Source: an uncultured virus (IMG/VR IMGVR_UViG_3300031857_014466)
Taxonomy: Duplodnaviria > Heunggongvirae > Uroviricota > Caudoviricetes
DNA: 64,000 nt
Direction: 5' to 3' (one strand)
Virus record (IMG/VR): IMGVR_UViG_3300031857_014466
Below the pieces are notes generated by a model. It saw only the letters and a list, made by a program, of their open reading frames with translations, made no database searches and was not told the DNA's origin. Shown here piece after piece: positions 46,006 through 55,935 of the stretch. Position 1 is the stretch's first letter; each line of letters begins with the position of its first letter. The translations under genes were made by a program, and so were the position numbers.

Positions 46006-48339
46006 ATGGCAGAAAGAATCGTATCACCTGGCGTATTCACAAGAGAAAATGACCTATCATTCTTAGCACAAGGAGTAGGAGAAATTGGAGCAGCATTTAT
46101 AGGACCTTTTAAGCAAGGACCTGCATTCGTTCCAACTATTGTGAGAACACAATCAGAGTTCGAAGAAATCTTCGGAACACCTGATGGAACTTATTATACC
46201 GAATATGCGGTACAAAGATATTTACAAGAAGCAGGAAGTGCTACCATCGTAAGAGTTGGTGGTATTGGTGGTTATCACCAAGTTGCTCCTTTGGGTATCA
46301 AAGCAAGTGGTTCATTATCATCAGCGGCAAAAATTGTAGGAGTACTTTACTCCACTGCCAATGGTAATAAAGGAGTTGGTTTTTCAAATGCATCAACAAA
46401 CATATCAAGTAGTTTAGAAGGTGGTGGAAACTTCGTTGTTTCAGGTCTATTAAGTTCAGCATCTGCAGCAGCAAATATTTCAGCATCTATTGTTAATACA
46501 GCTACTAATGATTTAGCAGATACATTTGGTGAATCAGTATTTGGTGCAAAAGCAGCATTCGCTTATAAATATTTTGAAAACGCAGCCCTTAACTTTACAG
46601 GTTCAAATACAGATGGTGCTACAACTGTAATTACTGAAGTAAACTTACCAACACAAAAGTATGGTGATATCTCGGCAGCTGAAACTCCTTATGTTGTATC
46701 TCAAAAAGATGATAACAATACAAGATACGATTTATTTAAGTTTGTAACTTTAGGACATGGTACTCCATATAATACTAAATTTAAGATTGGTATTTCAAAT
46801 GTAAAAGCAGCTGGTGAGGATGGTTCAACTGATTACTCAACATTTACTGTAATTGTAAGAGGATATGGTGATACTGATAAAAGAAAAGTTGTATTAGAAA
46901 CATTCAATAATGTAAACTTAGACCCATCATCTCCAAATTATATAGCTAAGAGAATTGGTGATAGATATCTTACAATTGATAACGATGGTAAGATTACGGA
47001 ATATGGCGATTATTCAAACAAATCAAAATATGTAAGAGTAGTTGTAAATGACGCAGGTTCATTCCCAATTTCAGCAGCACCATTTGGACACGCTGCATAC
47101 ACAAATCCAATCGCTACAGCTAATGGTGATGAAAGTTTAATACCTGAAGTAGTTTACCAAACTGGTTCAGCAAATAACACATCTTCATCTCCAATATATT
47201 ATGCTGGATTTGATTTTGAATCAACTGGAATTGCAGATGATAACATTCAATACTTATCACCTATTCCTGATGGAGCAAAAGCTGGAGCAAACGTATTATT
47301 CGCATTCGATTCTCAACTTACATATAAAATGACCGGTTCAGCAGCAGCTGATATGGTTAAGAGACAATTCTCTTTAGGTTTCCAATATGGATTTGATGGT
47401 TCATTCCCTGGCACTAAAGCAAACTTAGGAAATGATATATCAGCAGCAAATACGCAAGGATTTGATTGTTCTAAATCAACTTCATCTGGTTCAATAGCTT
47501 ATTCAAAAGCAATCAACGCTGTAGGAAACCCTGATGAGTGGGACATCAACTTAGTTGTAACTCCTGGTATCATCCGTTCTTTACACCCATCTATTACTAC
47601 AAAAGTAATTGATATGGTTGAAGATAGACAAGATTGTTTCTATATCGCTGACTTTACTGAAGCAAGTGCAACAATTACTGAAGCAACTGAGCAAGCAAAT
47701 TCAATTGATTCAAATTACGCTGGTACTTACTATCCTTGGGTTAAGACAGTTGATACAAATACAAACAAAATAACTTCAGTTCCACCATCAGTATTGTTAC
47801 CAGCAGTTTATGCTAGTAATGATAGATTGGCAGCTGAGTGGTTCGCACCTGCTGGTTTAAATAGAGGTGGTATCACTGGAGCAGTAAGTGTGTTGAATAG
47901 ATTAACGCACGCTGAAAGAGATACACTTTATGAAAACAAAGTAAACCCAATCGCAGCATTCCCTGGACAAGGTATTGTAGCATTTGGACAGAAGACATTG
48001 CAAGATAAAGCTTCAGCATTAGATAGAATCAACGTAAGAAGATTACTTATCACTGTTAAGAAGTATATCGCATCAACTTCTCGTTACTTAGTGTTCGAAC
48101 AAAATACATCAACTACTCGTCAAAGATTCTTAAACACTGTTAATCCTTACTTAGAAGGAATTCAACAAAGACAAGGTCTTTACGCATTCAGAGTTGTGAT
48201 GGATGAAACAAACAACACACCTGATGTAATTGATAGAAACATATTAGCTGGACAAATCTTCTTACAACCAGCGAAGACTGCAGAATTCATCGTAATTGAT
48301 TTCAACATTCTTCCAACTGGAGCTTCGTTCAACGCTTAA
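46006..48339 (+). CDS. gp18: Contractile tail sheath protein (T4 gp18-like)
   Basis: 777 aa with SPGVFTRENDLS, GPF.QGP, YYPWV, WFAPAGLNRG, GQKTLQ..ASALDRINVRRLL and P.KTAEFI motifs. Confidence 0.97.
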   Translation: MAERIVSPGVFTRENDLSFLAQGVGEIGAAFIGPFKQGPAFVPTIVRTQSEFEEIFGTPDGTYYTEYAVQRYLQEAGSATIVRVGGIGGYHQVAPLGIKASGSLSSAAKIVGVLYSTANGNKGVGFSNASTNISSSLEGGGNFVVSGLLSSASAAANISASIVNTATNDLADTFGESVFGAKAAFAYKYFENAALNFTGSNTDGATTVITEVNLPTQKYGDISAAETPYVVSQKDDNNTRYDLFKFVTLGHGTPYNTKFKIGISNVKAAGEDGSTDYSTFTVIVRGYGDTDKRKVVLETFNNVNLDPSSPNYIAKRIGDRYLTIDNDGKITEYGDYSNKSKYVRVVVNDAGSFPISAAPFGHAAYTNPIATANGDESLIPEVVYQTGSANNTSSSPIYYAGFDFESTGIADDNIQYLSPIPDGAKAGANVLFAFDSQLTYKMTGSAAADMVKRQFSLGFQYGFDGSFPGTKANLGNDISAANTQGFDCSKSTSSGSIAYSKAINAVGNPDEWDINLVVTPGIIRSLHPSITTKVIDMVEDRQDCFYIADFTEASATITEATEQANSIDSNYAGTYYPWVKTVDTNTNKITSVPPSVLLPAVYASNDRLAAEWFAPAGLNRGGITGAVSVLNRLTHAERDTLYENKVNPIAAFPGQGIVAFGQKTLQDKASALDRINVRRLLITVKKYIASTSRYLVFEQNTSTTRQRFLNTVNPYLEGIQQRQGLYAFRVVMDETNNTPDVIDRNILAGQIFLQPAKTAEFIVIDFNILPTGASFNA

Positions 48340-48392
48340 TATGGATTTGAAATAAATTGATATTTATTAATATAAAATAAAAGGATAATAAA

Positions 48393-48881
48393 ATGGCAGA
48401 AATATTAGAGTTTGACAAGATGTTCTATACGAACTTCGAACCTAAGATGAAAAACCGCTATGTGATGGAGATTGACGGTATCCCATCATATATGGTTAAA
48501 GCAGCAGCAAGACCTTCAATTCAGTTTGAAAAGGTAACTTTAGACCACATCAACATTAAAAGACAATTGCAAGGTAAAGGTGAATGGCAAGATATAACTA
48601 TCACACTTTATGACCCAATCGTTCCATCTGGAGCACAAGCGGTAATGGAGTGGGTACGTTTAGGACATGAATCTATTACTGGTAGACGTGGGTATGCTGA
48701 TTTCTATAAAAAAGATATAGATTTCTATATGTTAGGTCCTGTTGGTGATAAGATTGAGCAGTGGAAACTAAAAGGCGCTCTTATTGTAAGTGCAAACTTT
48801 GGTGATGTAGCATTTGATTCTAACGAACCTGCAACTATCGAATTATCTTTAGCTTACGATTACGCAATTCTTGAATTCTAA
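48393..48881 (+). CDS. gp19: Tail tube protein (T4 gp19-like)
   Basis: 162 aa; EPK.KNR, W..ITITLYDPI, YKKDI, G..IEQWKL.GA and L.YDYA; directly after the sheath; preceded by ATATTTAT (48360-48367). Confidence 0.92.
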   Translation: MAEILEFDKMFYTNFEPKMKNRYVMEIDGIPSYMVKAAARPSIQFEKVTLDHINIKRQLQGKGEWQDITITLYDPIVPSGAQAVMEWVRLGHESITGRRGYADFYKKDIDFYMLGPVGDKIEQWKLKGALIVSANFGDVAFDSNEPATIELSLAYDYAILEF

Positions 48882-48900
48882 TTTAAGAAAAACTATAAAA

Positions 48901-48932
48901 AAGAAGGGATATCCAAAAGGTATCCCTTTTTT
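48901..48932 (+). terminator. Intrinsic terminator after tail tube gene
   Basis: AAGGGATA(T)CC-AAAA-GGTATCCCTT stem-loop followed by a U run. Confidence 0.8.
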
Positions 48933-48991
48933 ATTTCCAATTTTTTAAGATTTATGTATTTATATATACAAACTAAAAAAGATAGAAAGTT

Positions 48992-49804
48992 ATGGCAGAA
49001 GTTAATATTACGCAACCAACTCCAACACCTAAGTATGAAAGTCTTAAATATGATTTTCCTACCGAAGTTATTGAATTACCATCAAAAGGATTAGTATATC
49101 CAGAAAATCACCCTTTAAGAAAAGGAACTTGTGAAATAAAATATATGACAGCAAGAGAAGAAGATATTCTTGCAAATCAAAATTTTATTAAAAAAGGAAT
49201 TGCTTTAGATAAATTATTTGAATCAGTTTTAGTTGAGCCTGGTGTAAATCCAAATGATGTTTTTATTGGTGATAAAAATGCCATTTTAATGGCAACACGT
49301 GTTTTGGGATATGGTGCTGATTACCATGTAGAAATGACAGACCCATTTACAGGTGAAAAGCAGGAAGTGGTAATTGATTTGGGTAAAATACAAACTAAGG
49401 ATATAGATGAATCTATATTAAACTCAAAAAATAGATATAAATTTATATTACCATCTAATAGTAAAGAAATTACTTTTAAACTATTAACACATGGTGATGA
49501 ACAAGAAATAACTAAAGATATACAGGCTTTAGAAAAATTAAATAAAAACTCAGCAGGAGCTTATGATGTAACTACTCGTTTAAAGTATATGATTACATCT
49601 GTTGATGGAAATGAAGATAGAGGTTTTATAAACAAATGGGTAGTAAACTCTTTCTTAGCAAGAGATACAAAAGCATTCAGAGTATTTGTAAAAGATATAT
49701 CACCTGATTTAGATATGAAATTTGAGTTTGTTTCTAAAGCAACTGGCGAAACGGAGGCGCTAGATATTCCCTTTGGGATTAACTTTTTTTACCCTTCCAA
49801 CTGA
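48992..49804 (+). CDS. Baseplate hub/tail assembly chaperone (T4 gp26-like)
   Basis: 270 aa; ELPSKG..YP, MTAREEDIL, GDKNAIL..R..GYG; ends INFFYPSN; located between tube and tape measure. Confidence 0.8.
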   Translation: MAEVNITQPTPTPKYESLKYDFPTEVIELPSKGLVYPENHPLRKGTCEIKYMTAREEDILANQNFIKKGIALDKLFESVLVEPGVNPNDVFIGDKNAILMATRVLGYGADYHVEMTDPFTGEKQEVVIDLGKIQTKDIDESILNSKNRYKFILPSNSKEITFKLLTHGDEQEITKDIQALEKLNKNSAGAYDVTTRLKYMITSVDGNEDRGFINKWVVNSFLARDTKAFRVFVKDISPDLDMKFEFVSKATGETEALDIPFGINFFYPSN

Positions 49805-50003
49805 TTATAAGATTCAACTTCATACGCAGATTTGGGAAATGGTTCAATTCGGTAATGGATTTACTTGGACAGAAGTGTATCATATGCCAACATATCTTCG
49901 TAAATTCTATTTCAATAAATTAATTGAATTAAAGAAAAAAGAAGCTGAAGAGCATAAAAAAGCTCAATCTAAAATGAAAATGCCAAAAGTGAGGATGCGT
50001 TAA
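49773..50003 (+). CDS. Second chaperone segment (gp51-like/'T'-like), probably expressed by frameshift from the upstream gene
   Basis: Overlaps the upstream stop in the +1 frame across a T7 run. GF.WTEVYHMP.YLRKFY..KL resembles gp51-like segments. The first ATG is internal (49839). Confidence 0.65.
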   Translation: MGLTFFTLPTDYKIQLHTQIWEMVQFGNGFTWTEVYHMPTYLRKFYFNKLIELKKKEAEEHKKAQSKMKMPKVRMR

Positions 50004-50018
50004 TATCCTCACTTTTTT
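49985..50018 (+). terminator. Intrinsic terminator
   Basis: AAAAGTGAGGATG-CGTTAA-TATCCTCACTTTT followed by more T; ATATTTATA motif follows at 50027-50035. Confidence 0.8.
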
Positions 50019-50055
50019 GTTTGCGAATATTTATAGAATATAAAAGGGAAATACT

Positions 50056-50304
50056 ATGCCAAACGATAAAAAACAATTAAAAGAAGGAATTCCATCAATG
50101 TTAAAGAAGTTTACAGATAATTTTTTTGATGGATTAAAATATGGAGCAATCAATAAAGCACTTAAAGATGCTGAAAAAAATAAAAGAATGCCACCTCCTA
50201 TTGTTCAAGATTTAAGAGATTTGCAAAAAAAGAGAGATGAATTGATTAAAAAGATTCAAAAATATGACCCATCCTACCAAGCTCCTGAAATGGATGAATT
50301 ATAA
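50056..50304 (+). CDS. Hypothetical protein
   Basis: 82-aa ORF filling the gap before the tape measure gene, preceded by the recurrent motif. Confidence 0.7.
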   Translation: MPNDKKQLKEGIPSMLKKFTDNFFDGLKYGAINKALKDAEKNKRMPPPIVQDLRDLQKKRDELIKKIQKYDPSYQAPEMDEL

Positions 50305-50321
50305 TAAATAAGAATTAAGTA

Positions 50322-52898
50322 ATGGCAAAAGATGCAGGATTATTTGGTAAGCAACTTGTAGAACAGGAACAAAAATTACAAGCAGAAAAAGAAAAAACAG
50401 CAAAAGCAATAGAAAATATTACTAATGCTGAAAGGAACAGGTATGTATCTGCGGAACTTAAACAAAAAGCAATAACTGCTCTAACAGAAAAGCAAGCAAG
50501 AACTGAAAAAGAACTGATAGCTAATCAAACTAGACAGGCAAATATAAGAATACAAAATTTAAAATCTTTAGGACAGCAAGAAGCATCTCTAAAAAGTTTA
50601 AGTGGTATCTATGATGGATTAAAAGAAATAGATAGAGAAAGACTAACACTCCAACAAAGTATGGCAGAGTCTGACCCTAAAAGAGTAGAAGCTTTTAATA
50701 AAATAGCAGGATTAAATAGAGATTTAGCACAATTAAGTTCAGAAGATACTATACAAAGAGAAATAATACTTGAACGTATTAAAGCTACCGAAACTTCGAT
50801 GGGTGCAATGTCAGCCGAAGAACAGGCAGTATTAGATAAATTAAAAGAAGGTACAACTTACGCAAATCAAATGTCTTATATGACTGAAGAGCAAAAGGCT
50901 CAATTAGAAGCTTCAGTCAAAGCATATGAAGGTATAAAGAAAACACTTGGTGGTATATTAGGAACAGCAGGATTGTTATTTAGTGGATGGAGAGGATTTG
51001 CTAGAGTAACTTTATTAGGAGCGGGTAAAGCACTTACAGAGTTAGGAAAAACTACAAGAGAATTAGGTGGTTTCTTAGGTGGGGCAACAGTATCAGCTAC
51101 AGCTTTAGGTGCTGTATTTAAAGATGCAACAGGCACAGCGAAATCATTATCATCTGAATTTGGGGGATTAAATGATATTTCATTTAAAAATCAATTGAAT
51201 ACAAACCTTATGGCTACTAATATGGGTATTAGTGGTGATGAGGCTGCAAAATTAACTGGTAACCTTGCTCGTTTGAATGGTAATAGTATTGAAACCGCAC
51301 AAAATTTAGCTGAAGGTACAAAAGAATTAGCAAAACAAAATGGTTTAGTTCCAGCCGATATAATGAAAGATATGGCTGGTTCAGCTGAAGCATTTGCTTT
51401 GTTTGGAAAGGATGGTGGAAAAAATATTGCACAAGCTGCTGTACAAGCTGCTAAGATGGGTACTAGTCTTAAAACTATGACCGGTATAGCAGATAATCTA
51501 TTAGATTTTGAAAATTCTATTACAAAAGAATTAGAATTAGGAGCTATGCTTGGTAAAAATATCAATTTAGATAAAGCTAGACAATTAGCTTATTCTGGTG
51601 ATATTGCAGGAGCAACGCAAGAAACATTAAGAGCATTGGGTGGAGTTGAAGAATTCAATAAAATGGATTACTTCCAAAAGAAAGCAACTGCTGATTTGAT
51701 GGGAGTATCTGTTGATGAACTTCAAAAAATGGTAACTCAACAGGAAAAAGCAGCAACAATTAGTGGTCAGATAGAAGGTGGATTCAATACAATGACTGAA
51801 ACACTAAGCGCTCTAACTACTGGTCCTTTAGGTGGGTTTGTTAGTGGCTTGAGTGGTGCTATCGGAACTTCAAAAGAAATAGCAGGTAACTTTAAAGATG
51901 CTGGTGGATTTCTAAAAGATATGGGTGGTAAAATAAAATCCATGTTTGGTGGTAAAAAGCCAGAATTGCCTGGACAAAGTTCCGTGGGTTCAACTGCACC
52001 AAAACCAACAGCAGCACCACAATCGCAAGCAGGTCCATCGGACCAAGCAAATAAAATGTCTAAAGTTAATGCAAACGCATTAATTAAAGGTGCAGTGGCA
52101 TTATTAATATTAGCTGCAGCATTATTTGTAGCAGCAAAAGCATTCCAAGAATTTGCAGAAGTTACTTGGGAATCTGTTGGTATGGGATTAGCTGCATTAG
52201 TTGGTTTAGCCGGTATTGCTTTCTTATTAAGTAAAATACAAGGTGAAATGATTAAGGGAGCATTGGCAGTGGCAATATTGGGATTAGCATTAATTCCTTT
52301 TGCATACGCTCTAAATCTAATGTCAGCTGTTAATGGTGATGGATTGATAGCAGCCGGTATAGCTTTGGTTGCATTTACAGCAGCTGTATTTGGTTTAGGA
52401 CTTTTAATGATGGGACCTGCGGCAATCGTATTTGGAGCAGGTATTTTAGCATTAACAGCTTTGGGGGCTGCATTGGTTGTATTTGGAGCAGGATTATTAA
52501 TGGTTGGAAATGGAATGTCAGCACTGACTGGTGCATTACCTTCTATGGTTGAACAAATAGCAGCATTATCTACTATCAACTTCTTACCAATATTTGGATT
52601 AGCTGGAGCATTAATGGCGTTATCAGTTGCATTAGCAGCTGTGGCTATCTCTGGTATGTTAGCATTACCTGCTTTATTGGCATTGGGATTAGTAGCTGGT
52701 GGTGCCGCGGCATTGATGGGTGGTGGTGATGAAGGTGGTGAATCTGCAAAAATGGATGAATTGATTACTGAAATCAAAGCATTAAGAGGTGATTTATTAG
52801 CAGGTAAAATAGCTGTAAATATGGATGGTCAGAAAGTAACGTCTGGTGTTGGAAAAATTGTTTCAAGAACTAGCTCAAATTCATACGCTAAAACTTAA
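50322..52898 (+). CDS. Tail tape measure protein
   Basis: 858 aa; coiled-coil N-terminus, Ala/Gly-rich helical middle (LLDFE.SI..ELE...LGK.INL.KAR.LA), long hydrophobic helical C-terminal part; canonical position. Confidence 0.88.
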   Translation: MAKDAGLFGKQLVEQEQKLQAEKEKTAKAIENITNAERNRYVSAELKQKAITALTEKQARTEKELIANQTRQANIRIQNLKSLGQQEASLKSLSGIYDGLKEIDRERLTLQQSMAESDPKRVEAFNKIAGLNRDLAQLSSEDTIQREIILERIKATETSMGAMSAEEQAVLDKLKEGTTYANQMSYMTEEQKAQLEASVKAYEGIKKTLGGILGTAGLLFSGWRGFARVTLLGAGKALTELGKTTRELGGFLGGATVSATALGAVFKDATGTAKSLSSEFGGLNDISFKNQLNTNLMATNMGISGDEAAKLTGNLARLNGNSIETAQNLAEGTKELAKQNGLVPADIMKDMAGSAEAFALFGKDGGKNIAQAAVQAAKMGTSLKTMTGIADNLLDFENSITKELELGAMLGKNINLDKARQLAYSGDIAGATQETLRALGGVEEFNKMDYFQKKATADLMGVSVDELQKMVTQQEKAATISGQIEGGFNTMTETLSALTTGPLGGFVSGLSGAIGTSKEIAGNFKDAGGFLKDMGGKIKSMFGGKKPELPGQSSVGSTAPKPTAAPQSQAGPSDQANKMSKVNANALIKGAVALLILAAALFVAAKAFQEFAEVTWESVGMGLAALVGLAGIAFLLSKIQGEMIKGALAVAILGLALIPFAYALNLMSAVNGDGLIAAGIALVAFTAAVFGLGLLMMGPAAIVFGAGILALTALGAALVVFGAGLLMVGNGMSALTGALPSMVEQIAALSTINFLPIFGLAGALMALSVALAAVAISGMLALPALLALGLVAGGAAALMGGGDEGGESAKMDELITEIKALRGDLLAGKIAVNMDGQKVTSGVGKIVSRTSSNSYAKT

Positions 52899-52900
52899 AG

Positions 52901-55642
52901 ATGGGAAGAACATTAGAAGAATTATTTAAGACACAACGTTTAGCAGACGGGCAAACTGCTCAACAAAAATACGAAATTCGTGATAGTAAGAAAAATCCTA
53001 TTACGCCAGGTAATTCTTTACTTGAACTATCATTTAAAGGAGCGTCTGGAATACGAAAAGGTTCTTCTAGTAACAATAATAGATTAAAAGAAACATTTGT
53101 AGAAAGTGAAATAAGAGGATTGAGAATGATACATAATTTATCAGCTCCTGTTGTATATGGAACTGATATTATTCGCTTTCAAAAAAAATCAACTAAGTTG
53201 GTTGATACAATGAAAGATTCAATAAATCCTGGTCAATCTAGCGGAATTATAGGTAATTTATATAATAAGATAGAAAACTTTGGATTAAGAACACTATCTA
53301 AAATAGGTGTTGTGTTTCCTGACCATTTAATACCAACTAAAATTTCTTTAAATGATAAATTTAAATCTGGTAAAGAACCAGATACAATGACCACTTTAGC
53401 AGAAATTAAAAAAGATGGTAAAGGAACAATATCTGGTCAAATTATAAAAAATGTAAAAGGTACTCCAAAACAAATATTAAATGGTGTTGTTGGTACAAGT
53501 GTAGATTTATTAAAAAAAGAAGTAAGAAAAAAACTATTTGGTGCACCAAAGCAAGGAGCACAAAATTTAGCAAAAAAGAATGAATACGAAACTCAGTACG
53601 ATAGTTTTGCAAGATACACATCTACAATTGATGCATATAGTGAGGATATAGCAAAAAGAAATGATTTATCGAGTTTACAACTTGAAAAAATAAGATATAA
53701 AAAGAAAACCGAAAGAGAAACAATTGCTAAAATAGCAGAAAGTGCACCAAAATATGAACCAAAGGGGTTACCATCCACTACAAACTTAGGTGGAAAACTA
53801 AATTTGGATGTAAGTAGATTTAACATAAAAGGTAAAGTATCAACTGTAAAAGAAGGTGTAACATCTCAATTAACATCTGCTAGAAAAGAAGGACAGCAAT
53901 TTTTATCATCTGGTAAATTTAAAGTAGGCGATGTAAAACCCAACGCTGAATCAGACTTAGCACCAGATCCAATTATAAGATATTCTGAAACTGTAGATGA
54001 GCAAGCTGACGATGTTAAATTAAGGAATGATTTATCTTCAAAATTAAATACTTTAATAGAAAGTAAAAAAGAATTTTCCAAAGATAAAAAAGAAACAGAA
54101 TCTGCAATTCCTGGTTCACCAAAAAAAGGTGATTTAAGTTCTACTGGAAAATTATTGGGAGAATCACAAAATCCTTTTGATAAAAAAAGTAAAGAAAAAT
54201 TAAAAGAAGGTAGAAAAGAAGCACAGCAAAATGCAGAAAATAAAGATGAAACTGCAATAAAAGCAAACGTAATTAATAGATACGATAACGAAATAAAATA
54301 CTCTGGTACAGTAGATGCAACGCAAGATGATATAACTTTAAGAAATGATACATCGGCAAAGTTAGAACTATTAATGGAGGCAAGAAAGGAATTATCCGAA
54401 GGTGATAGAAAAGGATTAGCACCTTTGACTAGAGAAAATGTTTCAAAAAATCAATATTCAAGATTTAAAAATACTTTAAAAGAAAGTAATAGAGCAGTAT
54501 CTTTAAAAAATAGATATGGTATAGAAAGTAAAGATAAATTAGATTTTGTAAATGAAAAAACACCATATGCAGGTGAATCATTAAAATTAAAAGATGGAAC
54601 TATATTAGATGATTATGATTTTGTAACTTTAAAATTTAGGTCAAAAGCAACAGGGCAATCTGTAAATTTCAGAGCAACAGTAACTGGTATAAGTGAAACT
54701 GTAAGTCCGAGTTGGGATTCTGGAAAATTTATTGGTAATCCATTTAATTATTACACTTATACTGGTATCGAAAGAAGCGTAAGTTTTAATTTTAAAGTTT
54801 ATTCAACAACTCCTTTACAGCACGTAGCAGCATGGCAAAGAATAAACTTCCTAACAGGTTTAGCTTATCCACAAGGTTATAGTGGTGCATATGCAATCCC
54901 ACCATTCGTAACGTTTACTTTAGGCAACTTATATAAAAGCAAAAATTGTTTTATAGAATCATTAAGTTATACAGTAGATGAAAATGGTGGTTGGGAAATT
55001 GGTTCTGTTGGTGTTGGTGAAGATGGTGTTGTTGGTATAGAGGGAGCTACAATTAGTATGAAGGATTATAAACTTCCAATAATTATTGATGTGAACGTAA
55101 CACTTAAATTTGTTGAATCAGTTGGAACAAGTCAGGGAGGTCAATACTATGGATTTGAAAAACTTCCTAAAGCACAGCAAAATACTGGTGATTCAAATGC
55201 AACTGCACAAAAAATAGATGATTCAAATAATAATGAGAGTTTACAAACTTCAAGCGATGATGCTGAAGTTCCTACACTCAAAAAGAAATTACCTGCAAAA
55301 AAATTAGAACCAGCTGGACAAACTAATACACAAACAAACGAACCAGCTAGCGTAAAAGAAAATGAATCCACAATAGAAAAACCAAAATTACCTTCATATA
55401 AAGTAAATGTATTTACAGATGGTGATGGTATTAAAGGTCAAGTATTTGCAGATGGTGAAATGATTGATGAGGTTAGTTATTATTCTGGGTTTAGTCGAAC
55501 ATTCACAGACCAAACTGGAAAAACTACAACAACTGTAGGGGAAGCTGCTGTAAAAGAAAATTTAATATATAAATTAACTAATATGGGATACTATTCTCCA
55601 ACAAAAGGTAAGTTTTATCCTGAAAGTCCAAACGTAAGTTAA
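52901..55642 (+). CDS. Baseplate/tail tube initiator-like protein with long N-terminal extension
   Basis: 913 aa. The C-terminal half FRATVTGISETVSPSW....IG......Y....RSVSFNFKVY...P...TLGNLY...CFIESLSY resembles tube-fold baseplate proteins; follows the tape measure. Confidence 0.65.
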   Translation: MGRTLEELFKTQRLADGQTAQQKYEIRDSKKNPITPGNSLLELSFKGASGIRKGSSSNNNRLKETFVESEIRGLRMIHNLSAPVVYGTDIIRFQKKSTKLVDTMKDSINPGQSSGIIGNLYNKIENFGLRTLSKIGVVFPDHLIPTKISLNDKFKSGKEPDTMTTLAEIKKDGKGTISGQIIKNVKGTPKQILNGVVGTSVDLLKKEVRKKLFGAPKQGAQNLAKKNEYETQYDSFARYTSTIDAYSEDIAKRNDLSSLQLEKIRYKKKTERETIAKIAESAPKYEPKGLPSTTNLGGKLNLDVSRFNIKGKVSTVKEGVTSQLTSARKEGQQFLSSGKFKVGDVKPNAESDLAPDPIIRYSETVDEQADDVKLRNDLSSKLNTLIESKKEFSKDKKETESAIPGSPKKGDLSSTGKLLGESQNPFDKKSKEKLKEGRKEAQQNAENKDETAIKANVINRYDNEIKYSGTVDATQDDITLRNDTSAKLELLMEARKELSEGDRKGLAPLTRENVSKNQYSRFKNTLKESNRAVSLKNRYGIESKDKLDFVNEKTPYAGESLKLKDGTILDDYDFVTLKFRSKATGQSVNFRATVTGISETVSPSWDSGKFIGNPFNYYTYTGIERSVSFNFKVYSTTPLQHVAAWQRINFLTGLAYPQGYSGAYAIPPFVTFTLGNLYKSKNCFIESLSYTVDENGGWEIGSVGVGEDGVVGIEGATISMKDYKLPIIIDVNVTLKFVESVGTSQGGQYYGFEKLPKAQQNTGDSNATAQKIDDSNNNESLQTSSDDAEVPTLKKKLPAKKLEPAGQTNTQTNEPASVKENESTIEKPKLPSYKVNVFTDGDGIKGQVFADGEMIDEVSYYSGFSRTFTDQTGKTTTTVGEAAVKENLIYKLTNMGYYSPTKGKFYPESPNVS

Positions 55643-55644
55643 TT

Positions 55645-55932
55645 ATGGCAAGATATACAAATAACAAAACTAAAAAAACATTTGATGGCAGAGAAGTATT
55701 TAAACCAAAAATATTTCCAAATATCCCATTAAGTGATACGGATGTGTATGTAATGACTGAAACTGGAGATAGATTGGATACATTAGCTTATCAATACTAT
55801 GAAGATGCTTCCCTTTGGTGGATAATTGCAGCAGCAAACAATATACACGATGCACCAATGGGATTAAAAGATGGTACAATATTAAGAATACCATTAAACT
55901 ATATTCAAATAGAAAATAATTTTAGTCAATAA
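55645..55932 (+). CDS. LysM-like baseplate protein (gp53/tail X-like)
   Basis: 95 aa; GDRLDTLAYQYY.D.SLWWIIA.AN......G..LRIP. Confidence 0.85.
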   Translation: MARYTNNKTKKTFDGREVFKPKIFPNIPLSDTDVYVMTETGDRLDTLAYQYYEDASLWWIIAAANNIHDAPMGLKDGTILRIPLNYIQIENNFSQ

Positions 55933-55935
55933 TTT

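Noticed and set aside
45836..46066. 76-aa + strand ORF bridging into the sheath gene
   Set aside because: It overlaps two real genes out of frame and spans a hairpin and promoter motif; composition is that of AT-rich intergenic DNA.
51767..52777. 336-aa minus-strand ORF rich in Ala/Asn/Pro
   Set aside because: Antisense of the hydrophobic Ala/Leu/Gly part of the tape measure gene.
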